This document shows positions 25,554 to 34,402 of a stretch of 64,000 bases of DNA, piece after piece. The notes under the pieces were generated by a model. The model saw nothing but the letters and a program-made list of their open reading frames with translations, was not told the origin of the DNA and did no database searches. The stretch is from a virus. The stretch lies in the IMG/VR virus record IMGVR_UViG_3300005836_000015, one strand, 5' to 3'. The first letter of the stretch is position 1. Each line of letters opens with the position of its first letter. Position numbers and translations under genes: made by a program.

Positions 25554-27878
25554 CTATTTCTCGTACTTCACGATCATCGGGGCCAAGACCGGGGAGGCTG
25601 TCCCGTTCTTCGTCCCGTCGATCGAGAAGTACACGTGGGTGTCGTCGACGAGGATGTTCGCCGCGTTGTAGAGGTTGTCGAGAAGGTAGGTCGGCATCCC
25701 TCCAGCCAGGGGGTAGCTGATGAGCCGATCTTGGGCTCCCGCGCTGAAACGTCCGAGAACGTAGACGGTCGTGTCATCGATGGCGATCCCTCGAACGATG
25801 AGCGAGGACGTGATCGCCACCAGGGTCGGACTTTGGCCCGAGTGCATCTTCACGATCGCTTGGCCCGAAAACTGAAGCGTGGTCCACATGGCCATGTCGT
25901 CGAGGTTGTTCTTGACGATGTACCTGCCGGAGAAGAACGACTCGAACGTTCCACTGATATAGACGCCACCCCCAGCGCCTCCGTAGTAGTCGGCCGGATT
26001 CGTCTTGTGCTGCCCAATAGTCGGAGAATATGGGCTTGAGGGACCAGTCGTGTACCACTGGATCCTCTGCACGTAGTTTCCCGTCACGACCAGGCCGGGC
26101 CAGCCGGGGTAGACGTACGAATTTGCCTGGGTGTTGATGACCGTCGGGGTCCCGCCACCCAGCCCGAGCTGGTAGATGTACGTCGCCGAGTTGTCGGAGC
26201 AGTAGCAGGGGTCGTAGGCCGTCCTCGTCGTGAAGTAGAGGTTCGTCCCGTCGTTCGTCATCTCGACCGGCCCGTACGTCGTGTTCAAGTCGGTGATCGT
26301 TCCGCCGCTAGTCGACATCGAGCGGATCTTCACGGGGGCCGCCGAGTTCGACCAGACGACGTTCGAGCCGGTCATCTGGATGGCCTTCGGAGTCGTCTGG
26401 CCCGAGGCGAGGACCGTCGAGGTTCCCCCGTCAGTCGGGGCCTTCTCGACCGTCCCTCCCGAGGTGGTCCAGTAGACCTCGTTCACCGAGAAGGGCGTTC
26501 CGAGGGCCAGGCTGGTCACGTCCGTGACATCGGCCACCTTCACGAGCCCGGAGCATTGCCCAGCCGTACAGGTCGCCCCGACACCGATGCACGTGATCCC
26601 GCACCCTCCGCAGTTGTTGATGTCGGAGTTGGTGTTGGTCTCGCAACCGTTGGCCGGGTTTCCGTCGCAGTCGTCGTGGCCGGTGTTGCACGTGAAGTCG
26701 CAGCCGGTCGGACCGCAGAATCCGGTCCCGTTGGCCGGGGAGGCACAGGCGTTCCCGCAGCTCAGGCAGTTGGTCGTCGTTCCAAGCTGAGTCTCGCAGC
26801 CCGCCCCGGCGTTGCAGTTCCCGAAGCCGGGGTTGCAGGTGATGCCGCAGCTTCCCGAGGAGCAAGAGGCCGTCCCGTTCACCGTCGAGCAAGCGTTCCC
26901 GCAGCTTCCACAGGTCGTCGGGCTCGAGAGGTCGGCTTCGCAGCCGTTGGTCGAGTTGCCGTCGCAGTTCTCGAAGCCGCCCTGGCACGAGAAGCCGCAG
27001 ACTCCGGCTCCGGAGCAGGTGGCCGTCGCATGGGCCGGGGCCGAGCAAGCGACGGAAGAGCCCCACTGGCCCGAGGAGTCGCAGGTCTGGGTCGAGCTCC
27101 CGGAGCACTTCTTGTCGCCCGGGTTGCAGACGCCGGTGCAGGAACCGTTCGAGCAGAGGAAGGGGCAGGTCGAACCGCTCGTCCACTGCCCTGAAGCGTC
27201 GCAGGTCTGCGGGGTTTTGCCGGAACACTGCGCCGAACCGGGGGTACAGACCCCGGAGCAGACGCCCGAGTTGCAGACGTAAGGGCAGGTCTGCGAGTCC
27301 TGCCAGGCGCCGCTCGAGTCGCAGGTCTGGACCGTGTTGCCGTTGCACTGCGTGTCGTTCGGGGTGCAGGCCCCGGTGCAGGCTCCGTTCGAACAGGCGA
27401 AGGGGCAGGCCGGCCAGCTCGTCCAGTAGCCCGTCGGGTTGCAGGTCTGGGGGACGAGGCCGCTGCACTTCACGTCCACGCCGGGAACGCAGATCCCGGA
27501 GCATGAACCGTTCGAGCAGACGAAGGGGCAGCTCGAGGTCGTTTGCCAGTTCCCGGTAGTGTCGCAGGTCTGAACGTCGGTCCCCGAGCACTGCGAGGTC
27601 CCAGGGGTGCAGTTCAAGGGATTGCCACCGCCGGCCCCTCCCGAACCCGAGTCCCCACTTCCGCCGGTGCTGGAACTGCTTGAGCTCGCTCCTCCGTCGC
27701 TGCTGCTGCTTCCTCCCCCGTCGCCTCCAGTACCGCCACCGCCCTCTTGGCCGGACGCCGTGCTGGAAACCTTCGAATTTCCACCAGAACTGCTGCTGGT
27801 GCCGGAAATACCCGGAGCCGGACCCCCGCACCCCAGAAGGGTGAGAGCCAGGCTCAGGGCCAAAATACGAGTCTTCAT
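25554..27878 (-). CDS. secreted lipoprotein with tandem Cys-rich repeats and C-terminal beta-propeller-like domain
   Basis: MKTRILALSLALTLLGC lipobox, Gly/Ser linker, repeats CTPG..QCSG...QTCD..G.W....SCPF.CS.G.C.G, then NNCGGCG-type repeats. Confidence 0.85.
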   Translation of the reverse strand: MKTRILALSLALTLLGCGGPAPGISGTSSSSGGNSKVSSTASGQEGGGGTGGDGGGSSSSDGGASSSSSSTGGSGDSGSGGAGGGNPLNCTPGTSQCSGTDVQTCDTTGNWQTTSSCPFVCSNGSCSGICVPGVDVKCSGLVPQTCNPTGYWTSWPACPFACSNGACTGACTPNDTQCNGNTVQTCDSSGAWQDSQTCPYVCNSGVCSGVCTPGSAQCSGKTPQTCDASGQWTSGSTCPFLCSNGSCTGVCNPGDKKCSGSSTQTCDSSGQWGSSVACSAPAHATATCSGAGVCGFSCQGGFENCDGNSTNGCEADLSSPTTCGSCGNACSTVNGTASCSSGSCGITCNPGFGNCNAGAGCETQLGTTTNCLSCGNACASPANGTGFCGPTGCDFTCNTGHDDCDGNPANGCETNTNSDINNCGGCGITCIGVGATCTAGQCSGLVKVADVTDVTSLALGTPFSVNEVYWTTSGGTVEKAPTDGGTSTVLASGQTTPKAIQMTGSNVVWSNSAAPVKIRSMSTSGGTITDLNTTYGPVEMTNDGTNLYFTTRTAYDPCYCSDNSATYIYQLGLGGGTPTVINTQANSYVYPGWPGLVVTGNYVQRIQWYTTGPSSPYSPTIGQHKTNPADYYGGAGGGVYISGTFESFFSGRYIVKNNLDDMAMWTTLQFSGQAIVKMHSGQSPTLVAITSSLIVRGIAIDDTTVYVLGRFSAGAQDRLISYPLAGGMPTYLLDNLYNAANILVDDTHVYFSIDGTKNGTASPVLAPMIVKYEK

Positions 27879-27951
27879 TGGATGTGTGCCTCCGGGGGAG
27901 TTACGTAAGAGGTCACTCAAAAATAAAGACGGTTGCGCGATTTTTCAAAGA

Positions 27952-28027
27952 CCCCCTCTAGCCCAACGGATAGGGCACCGGCCTTCGAAGCCGTGAGGTC
28001 CAGGTTCGAGTCCTGGGAGGGGGACCA
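27952..28027 (+). tRNA. tRNA-Arg(TCG)
   Basis: CGGC-CT-TCG-AA-GCCG, ACCA. Confidence 0.9.
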
Positions 28028-28028
28028 T

Positions 28029-28104
28029 CTCCTTGCAGCACGATGGATCGTGCAACGGCTTGCGAAGCCGGAGGTTGTGGGTTCGAGTCCCGCCGAGGAG
28101 GCCA
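28029..28104 (+). tRNA. tRNA-Arg(GCG)
   Basis: CGGC-TT-GCG-AA-GCCG, GCCA. Confidence 0.85.
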
Positions 28105-28157
28105 TGCAAACGACCAAGAAAGAGGGGGTGCCGCCTTGAATGGAGGGCACCCCCAGG

Positions 28158-28361
28158 ATGCACAAGAATCATCGCAGGAAGTTCCGGTACCGGGCGAAGC
28201 ACCATGGCTCCGCCGGCTGGATGAAGCTCGACTCTCTCAAGCTGTTCCGGGTTGCGGAGGCTCGTCGCCGCCGTGCTCAGGAACGTCACCTGATGTCGAA
28301 CGACAAGTTCGACATGCTGAGCACCAAGGTCCGGAGGGACATCCTCTGGAACTATTGGTGA
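28158..28361 (+). CDS. small basic hypothetical protein
   Basis: 67 aa, Arg/Lys-rich, lies between tRNAs. Confidence 0.5.
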   Translation: MHKNHRRKFRYRAKHHGSAGWMKLDSLKLFRVAEARRRRAQERHLMSNDKFDMLSTKVRRDILWNYW

Positions 28362-28387
28362 CGAACAAGGCCCGGAAACGGGCCCAT

Positions 28388-28457
28388 GCCCCTGCCGGCG
28401 GATCCGGCGGCCTGGCTACGAACCAGGCTGGCGAAGGTTCAACTCCTTCCAGGGGTG
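28388..28457 (+). tRNA. tRNA-Arg(ACG)
   Basis: CCTGG-CT-ACG-AA-CCAGG. Confidence 0.85.
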
Positions 28458-28462
28458 CTAAT

Positions 28463-28537
28463 GTCCCTGTGGCTCAACGGATAGAGCACCGCCCTCCGAA
28501 GGCGGGGGTTGCAGGTTCGATTCCTGCCAGGGACGCC
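28463..28537 (+). tRNA. tRNA-Arg(CCG)
   Basis: CCGCC-CT-CCG-AA-GGCGG. Confidence 0.93.
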
Positions 28538-28555
28538 GGCTCCTTGGAGCCATTT

Positions 28556-28626
28556 TGGGGTGTCGTCTAACGGTAAGACCGTGGTCTTTGAAGCCACTTA
28601 TCGGGGTTCAACTCCCTGCGCCCCAG
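28556..28626 (+). tRNA. tRNA-Gln(TTG)
   Basis: GTGGT-CT-TTG-AA-GCCAC. Confidence 0.9.
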
Positions 28627-29109
28627 CTACTTCTTCTTGCGGGTCGGCTTCTTCTTGGAAACGGGAGGCAAGGTCATCTTCTGTACCGCTGCGTAGTTGC
28701 CAGGTAGGACGGCTGTCTTGAACCAGAACTGCCCAGCAATGTGGAGAACGGCGGTGAGTCCGTCGAATCCAACGGGTTTCCGGATGTAGGCGTTCGCATG
28801 GGCGGTGTAGCAAGCGGCCACATCGTCGGGAGCCGTGCTGTTGGTCAGAATGATCACAGGGGTCAGCCGAAGATGGGGGTCCTGCTTGATGACCCTCAAG
28901 ACCTCGATTCCAGAAACTTTCGGAAGGTTGAGATCGAGGAGAACGAGGTCGGGACGCCGTTCGCGAGCCCTGAGATGCTGGATCGCAGCTTCGCCATCCG
29001 TGACGACCTCGAGTCGATAGAGAAAGCTGGCATCCTTCAGCGCCTCCTCGATGAGCTGAGCGTCGACTCGGCTATCCTCGACGAGGAGGATGTCTACTTC
29101 ATCGGGCAT
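28627..29109 (-). CDS. response regulator receiver (Rcp1-like)
   Basis: ILLVEDS, PDLVLLDLNLPKVSG.EVL..IK.D..L..TPVIILT, ANAYIRKP. Confidence 0.93.
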   Translation of the reverse strand: MPDEVDILLVEDSRVDAQLIEEALKDASFLYRLEVVTDGEAAIQHLRARERRPDLVLLDLNLPKVSGIEVLRVIKQDPHLRLTPVIILTNSTAPDDVAACYTAHANAYIRKPVGFDGLTAVLHIAGQFWFKTAVLPGNYAAVQKMTLPPVSKKKPTRKKK

Positions 29110-29119
29110 GGGTTGTTCC

Positions 29120-29923
29120 TCAGGGGTTCGCGAGCGTGAAGTAAAATGTGGCCCCGTCACCCGGTTTGGACAAGACCCAAATCTTTCCCCCATGCTTGTC
29201 GATGATCTTCTTCACGATCGCGAGTCCGATCCCCGTGCCCGGGTACTGATCGACCGTGTACAGCCTTTGGAAAATCCCGAAGATGCGATCGGCATGTCGC
29301 ATGTCGAAGCCGATGCCGTTGTCCTTGACCGAGATGCACCACCAGTCCGGGTCCTCTTGGTAGGGTTCGGCGGAGACCTCGATGACAGGCGTCACGTCCT
29401 TCGCCCTATACTTGATGGAGTTGGAGAAAAGGTTCTGGAAGACCTGAGCGATCTGTCCTCGGTCTCCGCGCACCTCAGGTAGGTTGCCGTATCGGATGTC
29501 GGCAGCACTCTTCTCGACCGACCCCACGAGGCTCCTGCGAGCTTGTTCGACAGCAGCTCCAAGTGGAAAGGTTCCGTACATGGTGCTGCGTCCTGCTCGG
29601 GAGAGCTCCAGGAGATCGTCGATCTTCTGCTCCATGCTCTTGCAGCCCCGAACGGCTTCGGCCAGAAAGTGCTTCCCCTGGTCGTCGAGCTTGTCGCCGT
29701 AGCGCTTCAAGACGAGGGTCACGTAGCCGGCTACTCCGATGAGCGGTTCTCGAAGGTCATGGGAGGCCACGTAGACGAACTGCTCGAGAGATTCGTTGGC
29801 CTCAGCGAGCTGTTGCCGTTGGCGTTCCCACTCCTCCTTCTGGGAGAAGACCTCGCAGGTGTAGTGCCCGTCATCGGAAGCTCGTCCGTAGGGGCACAGC
29901 TTCTTCTCCTCGGCGTCACTCAT
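29120..29923 (-). CDS. histidine kinase (HisKA + HATPase, phytochrome-like output) lacking a sensor domain
   Basis: FVYVASHDLREPL H-box, QVFQNLFSNSIKY N-box, VKDNGIGF, FGIFQRL, GTGIGLAIVKKI. Confidence 0.93.
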   Translation of the reverse strand: MSDAEEKKLCPYGRASDDGHYTCEVFSQKEEWERQRQQLAEANESLEQFVYVASHDLREPLIGVAGYVTLVLKRYGDKLDDQGKHFLAEAVRGCKSMEQKIDDLLELSRAGRSTMYGTFPLGAAVEQARRSLVGSVEKSAADIRYGNLPEVRGDRGQIAQVFQNLFSNSIKYRAKDVTPVIEVSAEPYQEDPDWWCISVKDNGIGFDMRHADRIFGIFQRLYTVDQYPGTGIGLAIVKKIIDKHGGKIWVLSKPGDGATFYFTLANP

Positions 29924-30867
29924 TTCTTCGCTCCGGTAGCAGCAGGGGGGTCCTGCGGCTTGTGAACAGCGGACTCGTAGGTTGCAATGGCTCCGCTGAT
30001 GACCCCGATGAGCGTGAGGACTCCCAGGATGATCTTCGTCCGGTTCGACATTCGGTGCTGAGTGAGCTGAAGGGCTTGCTGTTGGCCGGTCATGTCGGCC
30101 TCGGCCTTCTTCTCCTCGAGATGCTTGAACTTGGTCTCGACGGTCGTCAGCCGGTGATCGATGAGGTCCATTTGAGATCGCATCGAGGACCTGCCCGGAC
30201 CCCCACGAAGGATCTCCTGGTCGAGGTTCTCGACCGTCTTCATCAGGTTCGCTTGGTTGGTGCCGACCTGCGTGACCTGGTTCGAGATGGCCTGCATCTC
30301 CGTGAACATGCGGCGAGACAGGTCGGCGATGGCCGAGGTCACCTCGACTTGGGTGTCTCGGATCGCCGAATGCTGACCGCTCTGGTGAGCCGTCTTGAGG
30401 TTCGCTTCTGCACGGTCCAGGCGATGAACGGAGGCTGCATCCTCCGGAGGCACACGCACGGTGTGTCTGTGCTTCTCCATGGCGAAGACGATGCGACGGA
30501 AGAGCTCCTCTTCGTCGGTGAAGTTCTTGATCACGTAGTCGGCGGCCCCGAGCTGGATCATGTCGATCGCGAGCTGCCTGTCCTTGTTGTGGGTCATCAC
30601 GATGAAGGGCAGACTCGGGTAGCGCTCGTACAGCGTCGTGAAGGTGGCCTTTCCGGTTGAATCCGGAAGCTGAAGGTCGAGGACCACGCAATCGACCGAC
30701 TCCTTTGTCAGGATAACCAGAGCAGCTCGGAGGGTCGCCGCCTCCAAGATCAGGAGGTCCTTGAAGCGTGCCTCCAGAAGGTATCGAAGGAGCTCTCGAT
30801 CGGTGGGACTGTCCTCGACGACCATGATGCGCTGAGGAACCCTTGGGTCATCAGGTCGTGATGGCAT
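29920..30867 (-). CDS. response regulator fused to coiled coil and C-terminal transmembrane helix
   Basis: IMVVEDS, VLDLQLPDSTG, AADYVIK; C-terminal KIILGVLTLIGVISGAIA. Confidence 0.85.
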   Translation of the reverse strand: MPSRPDDPRVPQRIMVVEDSPTDRELLRYLLEARFKDLLILEAATLRAALVILTKESVDCVVLDLQLPDSTGKATFTTLYERYPSLPFIVMTHNKDRQLAIDMIQLGAADYVIKNFTDEEELFRRIVFAMEKHRHTVRVPPEDAASVHRLDRAEANLKTAHQSGQHSAIRDTQVEVTSAIADLSRRMFTEMQAISNQVTQVGTNQANLMKTVENLDQEILRGGPGRSSMRSQMDLIDHRLTTVETKFKHLEEKKAEADMTGQQQALQLTQHRMSNRTKIILGVLTLIGVISGAIATYESAVHKPQDPPAATGAKK

Positions 30868-30934
30868 ACGAGGACGTAGTTTCCCGAGTTGCGGCATCCT
30901 TCCAGGCAAAGTCGACAAGTCTTTTCGCAGCCAC

Positions 30935-31010
30935 GCGAGACGAGCGAGCTGGTGAACGCACCCGGATCACACCCGGGCCTCGTCGGGTTCGATTCCCGAG
31001 TCTCGTACCA
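30935..31010 (+). tRNA. tRNA-Val(CAC)
   Basis: CCCGG-AT-CAC-AC-CCGGG, ACCA. Confidence 0.85.
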
Positions 31011-31034
31011 ATTTTCCGGTGTAGAAGAGCAGTC

Positions 31035-31120
31035 GGGCGCGTGGCGGAATAGGCAGACGCACCGGGTTTAGGTTCCGGCGTCCTTGTGACGTGAGGGTTC
31101 GAACCCCTCCGTGCCCACCA
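31035..31120 (+). tRNA. tRNA-Leu(TAG)
   Basis: CCGGG-TT-TAG-GT-TCCGG, long variable arm; CCGGTGTA motif at 31016. Confidence 0.93.
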
Positions 31121-31141
31121 ACCCCTAAAGTCCTTGTTCAC

Positions 31142-31218
31142 GGCGGGTGAGCCAGCTCGGTGACGGCGCCGACCTTACAAGTCGGAGATGGCGGGTTCGA
31201 TCCCCGCACCTGCTACCA
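31142..31218 (+). tRNA. tRNA-Val(TAC)
   Basis: CCGAC-CT-TAC-AA-GTCGG, ACCA. Confidence 0.9.
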
Positions 31219-31224
31219 ATTGTT

Positions 31225-31302
31225 GGCCCTCTGGCGGAACAGGCATACGCGGCGACCTTAAACATCGCGTCGGTTCCCGGTTCGACTCCGGGGAGGGCCA
31301 CC
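31225..31302 (+). tRNA. tRNA-Leu(TAA), short variable arm
   Basis: Leu-type D arm GGCGGAACAGGCATACGC; CT-TAA-AC loop. Confidence 0.8.
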
Positions 31303-31313
31303 GGGCCGTGGCC

Positions 31314-31667
31314 TCAGTTCAACACGAGAAGGCCCGCGTGAACTTTGGCGTGACAGTTCATGCAGAGGCAGACGCACTTCTCAAGCTCCATTTGGATCTT
31401 CTCCAAACTTCGATGAGAATGCCGAGCAAGTTCAAACGACTTCGATGCGGGGTCGAGGTGGTGGGCCACCATGCAACACGGGGCCTTCTCCTTGCAGCCC
31501 GGGGCCATGCATCCTTGAGCCTTGAAGGCGTCCACGAGCGCCTTGTTGGCCGCCCGGTGCTTTCGCTTGTTCGCCAGGGTGTGCTTCTTGATCCTCGCCC
31601 TGAACTCCGGGTCCGTTCGATAGCGCTCCCGCATGTACGCGGCATGCTTCTCGGGGGTCGTAGGCAT
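31314..31667 (-). CDS. HNH endonuclease
   Basis: C...C...HHLDP.SK.F...EKCVCLCMNCHAKVH. Confidence 0.88.
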   Translation of the reverse strand: MPTTPEKHAAYMRERYRTDPEFRARIKKHTLANKRKHRAANKALVDAFKAQGCMAPGCKEKAPCCMVAHHLDPASKSFELARHSHRSLEKIQMELEKCVCLCMNCHAKVHAGLLVLN

Positions 31668-31704
31668 ACCCTTATAGCTGAATAAGGGGTTTATGACACC
31701 TGAT

Positions 31705-31712
31705 CCGGTGTA
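31705..31712 (+). promoter_or_regulatory. candidate phage promoter motif CCGGTGTA
   Basis: 9 nt before the Pth2 ATG. Confidence 0.6.
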
Positions 31713-31721
31713 CAACGAGGC

Positions 31722-32198
31722 ATGCCTGTCGAACCGAACCCTTACGACCGCATGGACCTTCTCGACTTGCGGAAGGGCCAGGACGATCCGATCTACCTCT
31801 ACTACGTCGTCCGCAAGTCGGTGCCGATGACACCGGGTAAGTTTGCGACTCAAATCGGACATGCGACCGGGATGCTCTTCGGTCGGTACTACGAACTCAT
31901 CGCCCAGGTCCAGGGCACTGAAGAAGAGGATCGAAAGGTCTGGAACACCCGAGAGTGGCTTGCGTCGAGCTACCGCAAGGCGACCCTCGTTGCCGACGAC
32001 AAGGAGTGGGAGAAGCTCAAGGAACAGCTCTGGTGCTTCGTCGTGAAGGACGCCGGGCTGACCGAGGTCGACCCAGGTACGGAGACCGTGATGGCCCTCT
32101 GGCCGATGCGGAAGAGCGAGGTCCCCAAGCTCGTGAAACGCCTCCAAACGCTCAAGGGGGATCCGATTTTCAGGCCGATCGACCCTCGGCCGGTGTAA
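31722..32198 (+). CDS. peptidyl-tRNA hydrolase type 2 (Pth2)
   Basis: VVRKSVPMTPGKFATQIGHA, K.TL, VKDAGLTEVDPGTETV. Confidence 0.93.
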   Translation: MPVEPNPYDRMDLLDLRKGQDDPIYLYYVVRKSVPMTPGKFATQIGHATGMLFGRYYELIAQVQGTEEEDRKVWNTREWLASSYRKATLVADDKEWEKLKEQLWCFVVKDAGLTEVDPGTETVMALWPMRKSEVPKLVKRLQTLKGDPIFRPIDPRPV

Positions 32199-32213
32199 AG
32201 GGTCGGTGAGGAA

Positions 32214-32729
32214 ATGAAGATGAAGACCGACGGCTACTCCCTGCGTGAAGCGATCAAGCAGTGGGAGCTGCGCAAGGAAGTCGCCGAGCGCGCTTTCTCC
32301 AGCAGCCTCTACAAGTTCAAGGACGAGAAGAAGGAGACCCCGAAGCAGGTGGTCGACTCCTACCTCCAGGCCGAGGACGCCATCTCGAAGCTCCAGGTGG
32401 CGCAGATGCGCTACAACCTCACCGTCCAGGTCGAGGTTCAGGGCGAGAAGATGTCCCTCGCCGAAGCCATCAAGAGGTCCGGATCGGCGGGCCGCATCGA
32501 GAAGATGTGGAAGACGGCCACTCCGCAAGAGCGTCACCATCGCTACGGCGAAGACCACCTCACCCGGACCCCGGGTCAGGAGCGGGCCGAAGCGACCATC
32601 GATGCGAAGGCCGTTCTGGGTCTCGCTACGCAAGCCGGCAAGCGGACCGGCGCCTTTCGTGCGGCCATCTCCACGGCGAACGCCACGAAGGTCGAAATCG
32701 AAGACTTGAACTCGGCACTCTTCGAGTAG
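32214..32729 (+). CDS. hypothetical helical protein
   Basis: 171 aa, internal repeat SLREAIK/SLAEAIK; CCGGTGTA motif at 32190. Confidence 0.75.
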   Translation: MKMKTDGYSLREAIKQWELRKEVAERAFSSSLYKFKDEKKETPKQVVDSYLQAEDAISKLQVAQMRYNLTVQVEVQGEKMSLAEAIKRSGSAGRIEKMWKTATPQERHHRYGEDHLTRTPGQERAEATIDAKAVLGLATQAGKRTGAFRAAISTANATKVEIEDLNSALFE

Positions 32730-32912
32730 CCGGGTCAGGAGCGGCACCCTCGGGTGCCGCTGGGAAAGGGTCCATAATCAAGGCAACCGACCAAGTATTG
32801 GGTGGAGCAGCATAGGCTTTCGAGGGTGCAGCCAAAGTACTCCTTGCGCTCAGCCGCTACAGCGACCACCCAGCAGGTCTTCCTGTTCTCTCCTGTTGAC
32901 CCTTTCCCGTTT

Positions 32913-32986
32913 GCTCAGGTGGCGCAATTGGCAGACGCACCGGCTTCAAACTCCGGATGTTGAGGGTTCGAGTCCCTCTCTGAGCA
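32913..32986 (+). tRNA. tRNA-Leu(CAA), short variable arm
   Basis: 5' half near-identical to tRNA-Leu(CAG) at 17664; 17-nt arm CCGGC-TT-CAA-AC-TCCGG. Confidence 0.8.
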
Positions 32987-33030
32987 CTGCTTGACGGATC
33001 CTCTCCGTCAGGCTATTCCTGGAACAACAC

Positions 33031-33380
33031 GGGCCTGATCGGCTTCGACGTGGGAAGGAAGGCAAAGTCTGCGTGCTGGCGGCTCCTGCTCCGCCCTATC
33101 AAGCGGGACGTATTAGCTGCGAACGACAACGCATCCGCTGCTCCCGCCCTCGCGGCGGCCTGAGTGGCTGTTCGGCGGGAAGATCGTCCTGGTACCCGCC
33201 GGGCATCATCACGAGGGCTGGATCCCAGGCGTGCTCAACGGCCGAAGGGTCGAGACTCACAGGTGGGCTAGGTCGAGGCCGAATCCTCGAACTCAGCCCG
33301 AGGGGATACTCGGGCTACGCACGTGAACGAAGACTTGCTGGATAGCTCGCGGACCTGGGTTCGATTCCCAGCAGGTCCAC
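33031..33380 (+). ncRNA. ssrA: tmRNA (tag ANDNASAAPALAAA)
   Basis: GGGCCTG...TTCGAC 5' end, G3:U acceptor with CAGGTCCA 3' end and T arm; resume GCG at 33119, tag ends TGA at 33163. Confidence 0.95.
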
Positions 33381-33476
33381 AAATCTTGACCCTCGGCACT
33401 TCTGCCGGGGGTCAGTCGTATCTGGGCAAACAAGGAACGCCAACAACCATGAGGAAGAAACGAAGGTAGGTGCGTC

Positions 33477-34070
33477 ATGTTCACACGGACGCTGATTCTG
33501 AACCAGACATACAGGCCCCACGAGGTCGTCGACTGGAAGGACGCCGTAACCCGGATGTTCAAGGGCACCATCGAGGTGCTCGTCCAGTACGACGAGGTGC
33601 TCGCTCATCTCGATCGCCAGACCCTGGGCACGTTTCCCGAGCTTCGACGGGCACTCCGCCAGGTCATCGGGACCGATGCCGAGTCGCTGGAGATCAAGGT
33701 CCCGGCCGTCGCAGTTCTGCGGCGTCGGGTGAGCCACGTGAAGGGCGGCGTGAAGTTCAGCAAGATCAACGTCTGCCTCCGGGACGACTTCCGCTGCCAG
33801 TACTGCGGGGTGAAGCTCCCGATGAGCAAGCTGAACTACGACCACGTGCTTCCTCGCTCCCTCGGGGGCAAGACCGTGTGGGAGAACATCGTGATGGCTT
33901 GCTACCCCTGCAACGACAAGAAGGGCAACCTGACGGTCGATGTAGCGGGTATGAAGCTGCTCGCTGTTCCCACGAAGCCCAAGGTCCTGCCGATGAACGA
34001 ACCGATCATCGACATGGCCCAGGCGCCCGACGAGTGGACCCCGTTCATCTCTGGTGCCAACGCGGCCTGA
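33477..34070 (+). CDS. HNH endonuclease (McrA-like)
   Basis: LILNQTYRP, RDDFRCQYCG, DHVLPRSLGG.T.WENIV.AC.PCN..KGN. Confidence 0.93.
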   Translation: MFTRTLILNQTYRPHEVVDWKDAVTRMFKGTIEVLVQYDEVLAHLDRQTLGTFPELRRALRQVIGTDAESLEIKVPAVAVLRRRVSHVKGGVKFSKINVCLRDDFRCQYCGVKLPMSKLNYDHVLPRSLGGKTVWENIVMACYPCNDKKGNLTVDVAGMKLLAVPTKPKVLPMNEPIIDMAQAPDEWTPFISGANAA

Positions 34071-34135
34071 ACGTCTTCGGCCCCCGGACGCAAAACGGGG
34101 GCCTTCCCTTTTTGTGGTCGGTGTAAAGTGAGCCC

Positions 34136-34402
34136 ATGACCAGGGATCAAGTTCTCGCTGCGATTCGCAAATACGACGGGTGGTTGGGCGAAGCGGGGGT
34201 CCCGGTTCGCAAAGTCGGGATGACCACTCGCGGTCCGAGCGCACCAGCAGCCATGGCCCATCTCCGTTGGATGTTCTCCGAGATGGAGAACTGGATCGAA
34301 GAGAGCCAGGGCAAGGCGGATCGCTGGATCGGCTTCGTACAGGGGGCGCTCTGGCTCGCGGGCTTCGGGACCATCGACGAGTTCAAGAACGACAACCGCT
34401 GA
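34136..34402 (+). CDS. hypothetical protein
   Basis: 88 aa, KADRWIGFVQG; TCGGTGTA motif at 34118. Confidence 0.7.
   Translation: MTRDQVLAAIRKYDGWLGEAGVPVRKVGMTTRGPSAPAAMAHLRWMFSEMENWIEESQGKADRWIGFVQGALWLAGFGTIDEFKNDNR

Noticed and set aside
30861-31052. Plus-strand ORF with RVAASF as another RVAxRY protein
   Set aside because: Overlaps the response regulator start and two tRNA genes; likely spurious.
32913-32986. Opal-suppressor or Sec tRNA (TCA anticodon)
   Set aside because: The symmetric 5-7-5 register centres CAA. Reading TCA needs a 4-bp stem with a 2-nt bulge. The body matches tRNA-Leu and lacks Sec features.
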